A stretch of DNA of 64,000 bases. It comes from Callorhinchus milii (Eukaryota). Positions within the stretch are counted from its first letter, which is position 1; each line of letters begins with the position of its first letter. The notes beneath the pieces are model-generated. The model saw only the letters and a program-made list of their open reading frames with translations, had not been told where the DNA came from and ran no database searches. The DNA is taken from positions 10,666,001 through 10,730,000 of the forward strand of contig NW_024704743.1 of the NCBI RefSeq assembly GCF_018977255.1, read 5' to 3'. Made by a program: the position numbers and the translations under genes. Positions 1-12,354 of the stretch are shown in pieces.

Positions 1-396
1 GAATTAGAGTATTTCACTGACAGACCTCCTTTGGTACAAGATTATTGTAAGATTGTTGCTTCTTGCAAGGACATTGAAAGCCCCCGCAGAGATTTGGCTT
101 TTTCCCATACAGATTCATTCCAACAAAAACATCAACAAGTGGCAGTTTCTCTTGGAAGCTACAGTAGGAATGTAATCCTAGGAAATTATGAGTAAATATC
201 ACAAATGGGCTGCTGCCAAGGCAGGTACAAACCCCTTTTTTTTCAGATTTTGGCTGTTGAAATCCACTGATCCCAAATCAGTGACCCCAGGTTTCACCCT
301 ATTTAGAACACTGTGGCCGAATATCGTGACTGATGTTTACAGATCAAATGACACAAAACCTATCAACATACAATGCATTCAACCCGGAGAAATAAA

Positions 397-795
397 ATAA
401 TAATAACAATCCTTGCATTTGGTATATCGCCTTTCATGTCGGGAGGACATCGCGAAGCACTTCATAGTATTTCCTGTAAAGTGCATCTCAAAGGGCTTTG
501 CAAAATATACTGTAAAGTGAATTGACTGTATATTTTGTGGGCGAACTCCACAAAGTCGTATATTGAGTAACCAAATTATTTATTTATTTATTTGAAGGGA
601 TTATTACCCTCGGAAAGCAACCTGCCAATCGACTAATAATCGGGTTCCTACTTACTGCTAGGCAAACAGAGGTGTGTGAAATAAGGAAATGTGTCTAACG
701 TTTTACCCTGCGTGGGAATCGAACTTGGGTACTGTCACTTGCGAGGTGAGCCCTATAACAGGATTCCTTTAGGTGAGCTACATGACTCCACAGGA
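397..795 (-). mobile_element. tRNA-Ala-headed SINE (CORE-like body, Deu/L2-type tail), decayed
   Basis: Reverse complement of the family at 24594-24915: B-box (gggaatcgaacttggg), cctacttactgctaggcaaacagagg, tail aatccttgcatttggtatatcgcctttc. Confidence 0.85.
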
Positions 796-934
796 CTCTT
801 CTTGGCTAAGATGCAACTCTATTTCTTCTACCGTCTAAGTCAATTTCTTTACTAAAAAATATCAAAGGCCATCTTGTACTAACTTTCACAATATGCCTTT
901 TTTCAACTGCTTGGATGATTCATTCCAGGTATTC

Positions 935-1065
935 CACGTTTTGCCCACAAAACATACAGTCAATTCACTTTACACTATATTCTGTGAAGTCCTTTGAGAT
1001 GTCTTGAAGATATGATAAGGCGCTATATCAAATGAAAGGATTATCATTATTATTATTCATCATTA
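935..1065 (+). mobile_element. SINE 3' tail fragment
   Basis: cccacaaaacatacagtcaattcactttac...ataaggcgctatatcaaatg..gattatcattattatt. Confidence 0.85.
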
Positions 1066-1269
1066 TCTGTATAGTGACATTTAAGCTGTCAGTTCACATT
1101 CCCTCTTTAGAGTTTGAGTCTATGTCTCCTTGTGGTAGGTTTTGTGTCTACATTAAAGATATTGCTGTGGTTCAGTTTAGAACATTCGTTACTCTAATAA
1201 GACTATTTGTGCCACTTCTGTTCTCCAGATTGAATATTTCCAAGTTCTGCAGCCACTGCCCTTGAATCA

Positions 1270-1778
1270 AAAACAACAACAACTTGCATTCATACACAAC
1301 AACAACAACTTGCATTGATACAGCACCCTTCAGCGGGTAGCATCTCTGGCCTCTCAGACCCAGGTGTTTGATTTGTTGTAGCCTCTCAAAACCATGATGT
1401 TTACATAATACAGTCATTACACATTTCAGTAAAATATTATGAAGCACTTTGAGATGTCCTTCAGATGTGAAAGGTGCTATAAATACAATTACAATACAAT
1501 TTACATTTATATAGCAGCTTTCACATCGGGAAGATGTACAAAACAATAAAAAACTACATTTGTACAGCACCTTTCACATCGAGAGGACAACCAAGGGATT
1601 GCATAGTCAGGGATTTGGAAACAAGCAGGGAGAGCTTGGAATCAGGGAGGGTGGAGGGCCGTGACAATTGGAGGGTGGCCAAAGGCGCTATCGAAGAGGA
1701 CGGTCTTGAGACGTGCTTTGAAGGAGGTAAGGGGGGAGAGCTAGGCAAAGGGAATGTGGGATGGAGGTCCGAAGGGTG
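1270..1778. mobile_element. Cluster of L2/SINE 3' tails plus an L2 3' fragment (1540-1778, minus strand)
   Basis: Repeated (caa)n-cttgcatt / tttacatttatatagc tails in both orientations; ggtcttgagacgtgctttgaaggagg is the antisense of the L2 ORF2 C-terminus (FK..LKT.LF). Confidence 0.8.
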
Positions 1779-2029
1779 AACTTCTCTAAGCACTACATGA
1801 AACACAAGTACTATCATCATTATTATTACTATGCCCCCTTTGTATCCATCATATAATTAAACCAGATGTGATTTTGGTATTTATTTTATTAGCAGATGTC
1901 TATATCTTCTGTTCATTACGTAATACAAACGATGTCTGAGCTTTTCAGTGCAGATTCTATCCATAAGAATGTACCTTGTTCAGATGAATAAAACTAATTC
2001 CTGGGCTCAAAAAGGAATAGAGGAACAGA

Positions 2030-2275
2030 GGTTAACATGGATAAATCCTTAAATGTGGAAAGGCAGGTGGATAAAGCTGTCAAAAAATAATGCAATCCTA
2101 GGTTTTATAAATAGGGATAAAGAACATGAAAGCAAAGAGGTAATGCTAAACATATATGAATCTTAGTTAGATCTCAGTTAGAATATTGTATCCAGTGTTG
2201 TTCACTTCACTTTAGGAAAGACATCAAGGTTATAGAGGAGGTGCAGAGGATATTTACGAGAATGACACTGGAGAT
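2030..2275 (+). mobile_element. CR1 LINE ORF2 fragment, decayed
   Basis: Decayed match to CR1 motifs QVDKAVKK..ILGFINRG, LVR.QLEYC.Q, RKDIK..EEVQR.FTRM. Confidence 0.8.
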
Positions 2276-2466
2276 GAGTGGTTTGACCTGTGAGTGGGCA
2301 TTCGAGTAGCAATAATATATGACCATTGAACAAATATACAAATGCAAGGATTATTATATAGAACTAGCTGTACCATTGCAGCTTCACTTGCAACCAAAAG
2401 ATCCAATATGGAATGTAGACAGAGCACACAGACAGACACACAGAGAAACATTCAGTGTTTATCTAG

Positions 2467-2696
2467 ACTCACATGGGAGGACTCAGTGGGAGGATACCTT
2501 TTAGGAGGACTCCTGTGGGAGGACTCCAATTGGGAGTATTCAGTGAGAGGTCTCAGTGGGAGGATTCCTGTGGGAAGACTTCTGGTTGGGAGGACTTCTG
2601 TTGGTAGGACTCCTGGTTGGGAGAACTCCTGTTAGTAGGACTCCTGTGGGAGGACACTTGTTGGGTGGACTCCTGTTGGGAGCTCTCCTTGTTGAA
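2467..2696 (+). repeat. Minisatellite, ~15 degenerate copies of a 14-17 bp unit (GGAGGACTCCTGT(T)G)
   Basis: Tandem units visible directly, e.g. ggaggactcctgtgggaggactcc. Confidence 0.9.
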
Positions 2697-4284
2697 GTGC
2701 ATACATTTGTGATGAGCTTGGAGGTCATAGTTTTTTTCTGTTGCTACTTTGTTGCAGAATGCATTCCTATAGATGTATCTCTCTAGGGTTGTGTGATTTC
2801 CTCAGTTGCTAATTTATTGCAAAATACCACATATACCTCATATTTTGGGCTTTAATTAAAGCATTTTTTAAATATAGCTCATCAACGATAGCAGATCCTG
2901 AAAAAAAAATGCCATGACGCTCCCACATACAAGATATTTCCGATGAGGTGTAAATCATGTCTCTATGTTAATCGGTTATTGGTGGACAGATACACTGAAC
3001 ACAGACAGACATTTCGTCTTTATTAGTATAGATGATACGTCAACGACATAGGCCATTTAGTCCATGTCGGTTTTTATACTTCACACAAACCTCCACCTCT
3101 CTTAAACCCCTCTCCTGTGCTCCTCTATTCCCTTCTCCCTCAAGTATGGGCCGAATGGGCTTCTTCTCTGTCGTAAATTTCTACGGCACAGAATATATGA
3201 TAATTACACATAAACAATTATTTTTCTGAGTAAAGCTCTTGCTTTCTTTTCTGTCTAAGGTCCTTGAGGGAGCCGTCACCTCCCAGCTTCGCTCTTTCCT
3301 CTCCTCCCACTAAACCTAACCCTAACCCACAATCTTTTCACTCAGAGAAAATAGTGCTATGAAGTGAGACAGGCTGACTCCCTGATCTACTTCCTTGAGA
3401 TTCAAAGCAAGATTTCCATGACAGCATTCCCTTGGTGATTGGTGATTGGTGATTTGAGGATCTACATAAAGACACTGTCTATTTCCTCTTAAAGGGAAAC
3501 ATCAGATCTGAACTAATCGCTCATCCACAATAAGTGAAAACATTACTTTGATCAGAATCACCTCATATTGAAGTTGCCTGAATTGAATTGGATCTTTAGG
3601 TTAAATGAGGTATGAAACTCATATCGTCAAGCCCAAAAGCTTAATTTCAATAGGAATACAAATATGAGATCAGCTGTGTTTAATGTTTATGCCAGAAGTC
3701 TTTTGTGTCAAATACCTTCCAGACAAGCAATCAATGTGAATGCACAACTGTATATCACACTGGTTAAAGCCAGAGACATGTACAATATGCACAAAGCTCG
3801 AAGCAGAATCAAAGTGCATTTTCTGCAATTTGTCACATCTCAGGCAAGCTATTCTGTTGTGATTTATGCTATAAAATGAGATGCCACAATATCTATTTGG
3901 ATGCTGTCACCTATATATATATATACCGCAAGTGGACCACCCACTGTGTAATGTGACCATCAAGTAGAGATTTGTACTTTAATGTTTTTCTTGATGATTT
4001 TGATTGGTCAGATTTAATTACTTTACCCAGCAGACCAATGAATGTGTGGGGTAAACAACGCAAGGTTGTGATGGACCAGATTGAGTTAATCAATTCAAAA
4101 GAGAAATAAATAGCTGTTTGGTGAACCACAGAAATGTATGACACAGCAGGAAGCCATTTATCCTATTATTTTGTGTTGGTGTTTGCTCCTCGAAGAAGCA
4201 ACCTACCCTGTTTCCAATTCCTTGCTCTTTCCCCTACCTTCTAATGCCCTTCCTCCACATGTAGCCTGATTCCCTGTCGGAATG

Positions 4285-4590
4285 AAATGTTAGGCAAGTT
4301 TCCTTACTCTGCATGCCTCTGTTTACCTAGCAGTAAGTAGGAACTGGTTGTTAGTCGATTGGCAGATCGCTTTTCTAGGGATTTTTCCTTCAAAAAATAA
4401 ATACAATAAAACATTATAATAATTTAGTCACTTAATCCATGACTGGTTGTGGGACACTGCTGTCCACAATTGGCTGCCATGTTTCACCCACAAAATATAA
4501 AGTCAATTCACTTGACAGTATATTCTGTGAAGCCATTTCAGACATCTCAAAGACGTGATAAGGAGCTATATCAAATGCAAGTATTGTTTA
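4285..4590 (+). mobile_element. tRNA-Ala/CORE-like SINE, 5'-truncated
   Basis: taggcaagtttccttactc...tgtttacctagcagtaagtaggaac...tail gctatatcaaatgcaag. Confidence 0.9.
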
Positions 4591-4591
4591 T

Positions 4592-4760
4592 TCCAGCGCC
4601 TTGGGACGTCCTCCCGACATGAAAGGCGCTCTATAAATGGAAGCTTGTTGTTGTTGTTATTAGTAGTAGCAGTACCGGTATTATATGTTGGTCCAAGTGC
4701 TCCAAGACACTGCCCCACATGAAGAACGCTATATAAATGCAAGTTGTTGTTGTTGAACAA
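4592..4760 (+). mobile_element. Two stacked ultra-short L2 3' ends
   Basis: agcgccttgggacgtcctcccgacatgaaaggcgct...(ttg)n, followed by a second tail ending tgcaagttgttgttgttg. Confidence 0.85.
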
Positions 4761-4829
4761 TTCTTTTTTAATGCACCAACTGATTGTACTCTGATACCCA
4801 GCCCTAGCAAACCATTCTGTGCTCTGACA

Positions 4830-5030
4830 AGGAAGTATCTCTTTTACCTAGAACGTAATTAGTGAATGGTAATTACCAAGAAGGCTGGTTAAAACCAGGA
4901 CACCGCTCTCATTTTTAAAAAAAAACAGCTTAATGCTGTGTTTATAGGGATAGGCTGGCGTGTGTCCTGGAAGGATGAGATCAAATGAGCTGAAGAGTTC
5001 TCTTTATCCAAACCAAGTTGTGATCTTGTC
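4830..5030 (+). mobile_element. CR1 3' end (TTGTGATC-tail family)
   Basis: Decayed FFTQRV..W..LP region, then aatgagctgaagag...ttgtgatcttg. Confidence 0.6.
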
Positions 5031-5159
5031 ATCTTATGATCCCTCTAGGAGAATTTTTTCTTCCAAAACTCTCCTTTCTCCCCCTCTCCACTCCCCCACT
5101 ATAGCTAACTGGGTGACTGACTAAGGGGGAAGTGGACACTGATGAGCATGGGGAAAGAA

Positions 5160-5400
5160 AGAGTCTTTTACAATTAATTCTCTTAAACCCTCTCATTATC
5201 TTAAACACCTTGATCATTTCAATTCTTACCCTTCTCTGTTTTAATGACCTTGCATTGCCAGGTCTCTCCTCATATCTATTTCCTTTCATCTTCAATATCA
5301 TCCTCATGAATGTATGCTGTACCCTCTCTATATCACTCTAATATCCTTTATATAATATGCTTCCCTAAACTGCACATAATATTCCAGCTGCAACCTATCA
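5160..5400 (-). mobile_element. CR1 ORF2 fragment
   Basis: Antisense reads LKQRRVRIEMIKVFKIMRGF. Confidence 0.75.
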
Positions 5401-5765
5401 CTTCAAGAAATTGAAGATAAATAATAATGATCCTTGCATTTAATAGAACACATTATATCATGTATCATATTGAAATATCTCAAAAGACAATGGTCTTTTC
5501 CAGCCATTCATTCCGATGTTTTCTGCCCCATTCTCTAGAATTATATCCTGGAGTCTCTACGATTTGTTCCTTCCCAAATATCATTCAAGATCTGTTTCAA
5601 GACCTACCTCACTTTTGGTCATCTTTCTCCTCCCTGCATCTCAGGCTCTAACTTCAAACTTAGGCACCAAACCATTATCATTAAGTACCTTGAGATGTCT
5701 TCTTGACAAGAAAAATACTATATAAATGTAAATTTGTCTTGTATTGTAGTTGTCTGCAGATGGTA

Positions 5766-5937
5766 CAGGTGAAACCTCAACTAGCCAGACCAATGATGAG
5801 GGGGGTGTGGGGAGATCCTGTCCGGCGAGCAGCTGGAATATCCTGCTGAGTGTAATTACATTGCCGGGACCAGCACTTTTTTTCTTTCAGGACTGGTCCA
5901 GCTAGGTGCTAATTCTAGATATCTGGAGAGGTTACTG
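5766..5937. mobile_element. Probable Tc1/mariner (Tigger-like) MITE
   Basis: TA-flanked ends caggtgaaacctc ... gaggttactg form an imperfect TIR of the CAGT..AACCTC type. Confidence 0.5.
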
Positions 5938-6057
5938 TATCTCAGATTTCTGGAAGTAAAGAAGCAATTATGTCCCAGTTTTTCTTGAAATGAAGGAAGA
6001 ATAGTTGGAAACAAAATTGGCTCCACGTAGTTGCAGGAAAGGCATTTGATATCTTTT

Positions 6058-6410
6058 TGTGCAGTCCTGTTGCTCAGTGCAAGTGAAGGACCTGGGTTCG
6101 ATTCCCAGCAGGGCAAAATGTTGGGCAAGTTTCCTTACTCCACACACGTATGTTTACCTAGCAGTAAGTAGGAAGCAAGGTGTTAGTCGATTGGCAGATT
6201 GCTTTTTCGGGGGTAATAATTCCTTCAAAAAGAAATAATAAAATTAGTCACTTCAATCCGTGACTATTTGTGGAACAATGCTGTGCACAATTGGATGCCA
6301 CATTTCACCCAAAAAAATATAATGTAAATTCACTTCACAGTATGTGATGTGCTTTGAGACGTCTCGAAGACGTGATAAGTCACTAAAGCAAATGTAAGGA
6401 TTATTATTAT
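6058..6410 (+). mobile_element. tRNA-Ala/CORE-like SINE, near full length
   Basis: B-box gggttcgattccc, ttgggcaagtttccttactc, (tta)n tail. Confidence 0.9.
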
Positions 6411-6969
6411 CAGAAATTAGTCAAATGCAGCTTTTGGAAATGGGTACGAACATGTCTGATTTGTGTCACTTGGGGACTGCAATTCAATTCATCCTTATTC
6501 TTGATATTGAAATGAATCCTGAAATCACAATGATGAGAGTGGAAAAATGTGTATAATGAAGAAGAATGTTTTGGACTCAGAAGACACAGGGTTAGTTGTC
6601 AACAAAGATTTAACTTAAATTGACAAAATAATTCCATGAAAGAAGGCTGATTTCTAACATCCACATGCAATGTGCATACATACTTTATTTATTGTTACCA
6701 AAAGAAATGTACGATGATTATTAATGCATCTGTATTTATCTATTCTGCTACGGCCCCAAAGGATTCACTGTATATGAAAATAATTGTTAAGTGGAGTGAA
6801 GATAGTTTGCATGTATGGCTTCAAATGAGGTACATATCGTCAATTAATGGATATAACCAGATTATTTTTAGGTTAGAATAAGTAGGCACAAAATAAGTAA
6901 CCATCATCCATCAAACGTTCTGTTCCACCTTGCATGAATGAGTCTGGTGCCATTTACTTAGAATATATT

Positions 6970-7325
6970 GTCTAGTCCTGTTGCATAGTGGTTAGTGCGC
7001 TTGCCTCGCAAGCAAGAGCACCCAGGTTCAATTACTGGGTGGGGCAAAACCTTAGGCAAGTTTCCTTACTCCACATCATTCTGTTTACCCAGCAGTAAGT
7101 AGGAATCCAGTTGTTAGTCGTTTGGCGGATCTTTCTGGGTGTAATAATCCCTCAAAAAATAAAATACAAAAAATAATTTGGTTACTCAATCCATGACTAT
7201 TTGTGGGACACTGCTGTGCGCAATTGACTGCTGCATTTCGCCCACAAAATACACTTTACAGTAAATTCTGTGAAGCACTTGAGACTTCTCGAAGACATGA
7301 TAAATTATCGTTGTTATTATCATTT
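6970..7325 (+). mobile_element. tRNA-Ala/CORE-like SINE, full length
   Basis: A-box-like tgcatagtggttag, B-box ggttcaattac, CORE-like box, tail. Confidence 0.9.
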
Positions 7326-7484
7326 ATATTGACAAATGGTTCTGAAACTCAGGAGCATGTTCCAGTGACACCCTGTTGATTGTGAAAGTAGAACCTCAAC
7401 AACAACAAATTACATTTGTATTGCATCTTTTAGGACGGGAAGACTTTCCTAGGTGGTAAAAGATGCTGAAAGACAGATGAGACC

Positions 7485-7635
7485 CCATTTGAAGGGCAGC
7501 CCAACTCAATACAGAGTGCTCTCCTAACTAGAGTGGAGTATCAGCCTAGATTGTGAGCTCAAAGTCCCAAACATTGAAGCTCAACACACAACCACATCTC
7601 ACCTACAGGCGAGAATGGTATTAGCTGAACCAGTC
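7485..7635 (-). mobile_element. DeuSINE (SacSINE1-like) 5' part, decayed
   Basis: ggagtatcagcctagattgtgagctcaaagtc...aggcgagaatg..agctgaacc. Confidence 0.65.
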
Positions 7636-7819
7636 TCAAATTCACTGGGTTGTAACTTACCTGGATCCTTTTATTTAATTAAGTACTGTACTTTCAGTTA
7701 ATTGAATATTTGAACATTAATTTTATTGTGAAATTTATATGGGATGTGAACAGGTATTTTAAAATTAATTAAGGTTAATAATGAATAGGTGTTTCACAAA
7801 CTTTTTAAGAGGAAGTGGC

Positions 7820-8550
7820 ACCTTCATCCTCATCTTCAAATCTCCCCCATAATGTCGTCACATCCTACCTCTGCAACCTCCTCAAAACATCCTGACCAAG
7901 TCGCTCACTTCAATCAGCGGCCTGCTACATGTTTTCCGTAAATGCAATATTGTCCACCTCTGCTACTATCTCTTCCCTAAGCCACCTAGATCCTAATCCA
8001 TGCATTTATCATGTCCGGGTTTGACGGTGCCAATGCTCTGCTTGATGGAATATCCCACTCCATCCTACTCAATCTGCAGACTATCCAAAACACTGCAACC
8101 CATGCCCTTGCCCACACTATGCTCCGAAGGCCTATCGCCCCACATTCTCACCCAGCTTCATTGGCTCCCCAACCCCAACAAATTGAGTTCAAGATCCTTC
8201 TCCTCACTTTCATGTTTCTCCACGATCCTGCCCCATCCTACCTTTGGGACCTCCTCAAACCATATCAACCCGGTCACTCGCTTCGCACAGTTCTTATCTT
8301 CCCCGCCATCGGTAGTGAGCTTTCAACGTTTCTATCCCTACTCTCTGGAACTCTGTCCCAGAGTCAATTCTGACTCCCTCTCTCACCATCTCAAAACCTA
8401 CCTCTTTGATTGCACTTTCAGTCATCCTTCCCCCTCCCCATCCTCCTCGGCTACCACTACTATGGTGCCATGCCAGGTTTATCAAGTGCCTTGGAACATC
8501 CTCCCAATGTGAAAGACGTTATATATATGTAAATTTGTATTTATTGTAGT
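7820..8550 (+). mobile_element. L2 LINE 3' portion
   Basis: LQTIQNTA, ILTQLHWLP, IEFKILLLTF, LKTYLF motifs; L2 tail aaatttgtatttattgta. Confidence 0.9.
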
Positions 8551-8639
8551 CTACCTACTTTTTTATCAAGCAAATAAACTCACAAATCTTATGTCTATAT
8601 TGAAAGCAAATGAAAATATCATGCTCAAACAAAGAGAAA

Positions 8640-9065
8640 CATAATTCTGATTACATTGGAGTAAAGGTGAATGGAGAATCTTATGTAGATTTTCAAAACT
8701 GAAAGATTTTGATAAGGGAAATTGAGAATTTTTTTTTTTCTTCAATGATGAATGAATCAATAACAAGAGTGTAGAAATCACAAATTATAACCAGAAGAAA
8801 TAATGGGAGTTTTAGACATAATATGTTGTATGCAGAGGGTTGTTGGAATACTGAAAATCTTATCACAAGTTGCTGTTGAATCCAAGCCAATATCAGCATA
8901 TAAAAGGGAATTGGATAAATATTTAAGCAAAAATAATATTAAAGGATAAGTGGAATGAGCAAGGAAATGAAATTAGTGTAAATAGTTCCTTATAGGGGAG
9001 CTAAGCACAACCGCAAACATAGTGGGCTGAACAGCCTCATTCTGTTCTGTAAATGTTGTACGGGG
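8640..9065 (+). mobile_element. CR1 3' fragment, old
   Basis: Decayed VFKTLKDFD..R..W region and 3' UTR tgggctgaacagcctcattctgttctgta. Confidence 0.7.
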
Positions 9066-9624
9066 TCAATTTTGTAGAATTTTTTAATAAATGTCATTGT
9101 TAATGAAATCCAAGTGAAAATTTCTCTCAGCGACTGGAAGCAGGCCATGCATGTCATTTGAACCCCCCCCCACCACACACCCCCACCACCATCACTCTGA
9201 ATATAGGTTGGTTGAATTGGGTGCTGGCCTTGTGAATCGGAGACATGGATTCCTAAATTTCTTAATAAAGTAAATCATTAAGAAGTACTGCAAAATTGAT
9301 CCCATTGATTATAAGCAATTACAAAAAGGCACTGGTATAATACAATAGAAAAGGTACATAGAAAGGAAAGATGAGGAATAGATGAGCACAGCCTACTCTT
9401 TAATTAAACAATTTGGCTTCTGTCTGTAAGTTGGAATACAATGCAGATCAGCAAATGTAGACAGGGTGTGTGTGTGCAAGGGAGGGGAGAATTTGTTTTA
9501 ATTTAACTTTACGATAAATTCTTTGTGAAATTTGCTTGCTTCTTTCTGCAAATATGATGGTTTATAATAGATTGCATATAATCAATCTCAATTTAACTAT
9601 AGATTTAACTGAAGTTTCTGGTTA

Positions 9625-10225
9625 ATTATAATTCTTGCATCTGATATCTTATGTCTTTGAGATGTCTTAAAGTGCTTCAAAATTTTTTACTGTAAAATGT
9701 AGTGATGTTGTATTTTGTGGGCAAACATGGCAGCCAATGTGCACACAGCAATGTCATGAAGCGAATGATCAATTTTATCTGGAGGAATGTTGGCCAGGAC
9801 ACCAGGAGAATCCCACTCCCCTTCTGTTTTCGAATATTACTATAGGATCTTTAACGTACACCTGAACACACAGACGGGGCTTCAATTTAACAATTCATTT
9901 GAAAGATTGCACGTCAGACATGCAGCATTGTATTAGAATGTACCCCCTCTCCCAGCATTGTATTAGAATGTCAGCCTAGACCAAGGTGGTTCAACTGGCA
10001 GCCCGTGGATCACATCTGGCCCCCAGCTCCCACCATTTCATCTGGCCCACCCACTCCCTCTATAACCTGTGAATGTTATGTTTTGTTTCTGGAAGGGAAA
10101 CACAAAAATATTACTTTTGTGGCCCGCGGACGTTTCTCAAATAGGGAATCTGGCCCTCAGCAGCCAAAAGGTTGGGCCACCCTGGCATAGACTATGAGTT
10201 CAAAATCCTGACATGGGGCTTGAAT
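9625..10225 (-). mobile_element. DeuSINE (SacSINE1-like), interrupted by a hAT MITE
   Basis: Deu domain antisense: ttggccaggacaccaggagaa...ggatctttaacgtacacctga...; head tcagcctagac..tatgagttcaa. Confidence 0.85.
9982..10184. mobile_element. hAT (Charlie-like) non-autonomous DNA transposon, 203 bp
   Basis: TIRs caaggtggttcaac / gttgggccaccctg; 8-bp TSD gcctagac (9974-9981) / gcatagac (10185-10192) with central TA; internal ggccc(g) motifs. Confidence 0.85.
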
Positions 10226-11847
10226 AAGTGTTAGTTTACATATGCAAACTACATGCATCATGTCAGTAAATGGATCGTTCCTTAATTTATTTTTTCTTGT
10301 TTTTCACACTGTCTTCTCCACATCAAATTTGCATTGCTAGCCAAACACCAGGACTTGAGCTAACTACTAAAATGACCCAGAGTAACAAATCTTCCAATTT
10401 TCCCTAGACAAAATGCAGAACTGAGCATTCTGCGAAATCACTGGCACAGCGCCAAGTCCTATAACTTGGCGGAACAGCTTTTTGAAGCACCAACATTCTG
10501 TGCTGACGGACTGCCTACAGCAGATAATTGATTTGCTGGCACCCTTGCTCTTTTGAAGTACAATGCTTGTCCTCTGAATTAAATGTGATCTCACTGCTGC
10601 TGAATGCGTAAAGTGGATGTTAGATTAATCATCCAGTCTTTGCTGTTCAAAGAGATTTTGATCCATTGCATGCTTAACCGAACCTTGCAAAATTACGTCT
10701 AGTGTATTATTGGTATTGATGCAATGTATTTATTCCTGTGTGTGCTAAAATATTCTCATGAGCATGAATTTTTAATTTGGGCCAAATTATCTGCAATATA
10801 TAAGCAGCCTTCTGCATTTGGTGACTGATTCAATCATCTCCCTTTATTCCTACCAAATATCTTTCCGTCAATTTTTCTGGCTTTTCACTGAAGCAACCAA
10901 GTGATAGCGAAAGCTCACTTGACCATGCAATTCAGCATTAAATATGCCCTGGAGAGATTATGCTTGGTCAATTGTTTGCACAGCGACAATATAGAAACTT
11001 CTGTTTGCTGTGGTTACTATCATTCATTGACAACCATTCACAGATGGGATGCTGTCTATGCAGACAATGATTGACAGGCAGTGCATTCCTATCCATTACA
11101 TCATGCTAGGAAATGTCCAACAACAATCCCTCCCATTCTGTCTGTAATCGGGGAAGGAAACAGTGAGTTCCTCTGTTTCCTTCCAAAAATGCCATCACTG
11201 GCCTGTGATCATTCGATGTCAAGGCCAGAAGTAGTTAAAGGAACTGAGTAATTTTAAAGGGAAGCACTTCAATTGTTCCAAAGGAAGGCATGTGGAAAAT
11301 GTCACAAAGAAAATAAAACTTTAAGAATCAGAGATTCCATTGGGGAAAAAAAACACATTTTGTTCTTTCAAATAAAGTGATCCTTTGTACTCACGGATGT
11401 GGTTGCATTATTTGCAAAGACAGGGTGGAGTTGTTTTGTTTGCTGCAGTCAAACATCCAAAATTAAATCAACAATATCAGTAATTTCAATTGCCTGCTGC
11501 TTGCCCATCTTTAGATACCATCTGAAGCAGATTTGCCTACAGTTACATCCCCTCCTCTCTCTGGCTCGATATCAAACTCATCCAATGTTAAGCATTCCGA
11601 GACACTACCCCGCACGTAAATAAATGTATAAATGCAAATTGTTGTTGTTGTAGCTGTTTTGATTTGTCTGGGATCAATTTTCATTACAGCCCTGCAACAA
11701 TTCTGAACTAGGAAAAAAATGGCATTTATTTCCTAGTACAGATTTCCCTCACATTTGTACATTACAGTCAATGTTGCTTAACTTCGGTGTTTGTGCCTTC
11801 AGAGTCTATTATCTGAAATGCTGCTGTCCATATGCTCTTGCTTGCAG

Positions 11848-11985
11848 ATGTCAATCTGGTTCAGTTGGAATCACTCTCGCCTCTGAGGCAGAAGTTTGTG
11901 GGTTCAAGCTCCACATTGGGTTCATGGTCTAAGATGATACTTCAATATAGGGCCAGGGGAGTGCTTCATTGTTGGAGTTGTTTAC
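11848..11985 (+). mobile_element. DeuSINE tRNA-derived head
   Basis: ggttcagttggaatcactctcgcctctgaggcagaagtttgtgggttcaagc. Confidence 0.8.
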
Positions 11986-12180
11986 AGAGAGCTGTTGGGA
12001 TGTTGAATGCAATACTGGGTGTTGTTTTTGAGGTAGGATTAGCTTTCAAGAGGGAAATATATATATTTGTAGGTAGGGTACCCAGGTAAATGGGACTATG
12101 TTGATTGGTCTTCCAAAAAGCCAGCACAAATTCAATTGGCTGAATGGCTTCCTTCTTTGTTGTAAATTTCTGTGGTTGTA
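11985..12180 (+). mobile_element. CR1 3' end, old
   Basis: LQRAVGMLNA...FKREI, 3' UTR gccagcacaaattcaattggctgaatggcttcc. Confidence 0.7.
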
Positions 12181-12354
12181 TGTGTAATCCAAAACCAATT
12201 ATATCATAATTGATGTAATAATCACAGATCCTGGTAAAGAACAAAAGTCAATGGAAAATAAAACATTGTGACTAAAAGAGAGGAACACATCATTATAGGA
12301 TTGCCCAAGTCATATAAGATACCTTTCAATTTTAGGAATTCGAAATGATATGAC

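Noticed and set aside
1..195. Plus-strand frame open from base 1 (ELEYFTDRPPLVQDY...GNYE*)
   Set aside because: 64 codons with no recognisable homology; it could be the end of a terminal exon but cannot be supported without upstream sequence
2467..2696. CRISPR-like array
   Set aside because: Units are directly tandem with no unique spacers, there are no cas genes, and the context is eukaryotic
3308..3328. Interstitial telomeric repeat (cactaa acctaa ccctaa ccc) beside an L2 fragment
   Set aside because: Only one perfect unit; too short to distinguish from chance
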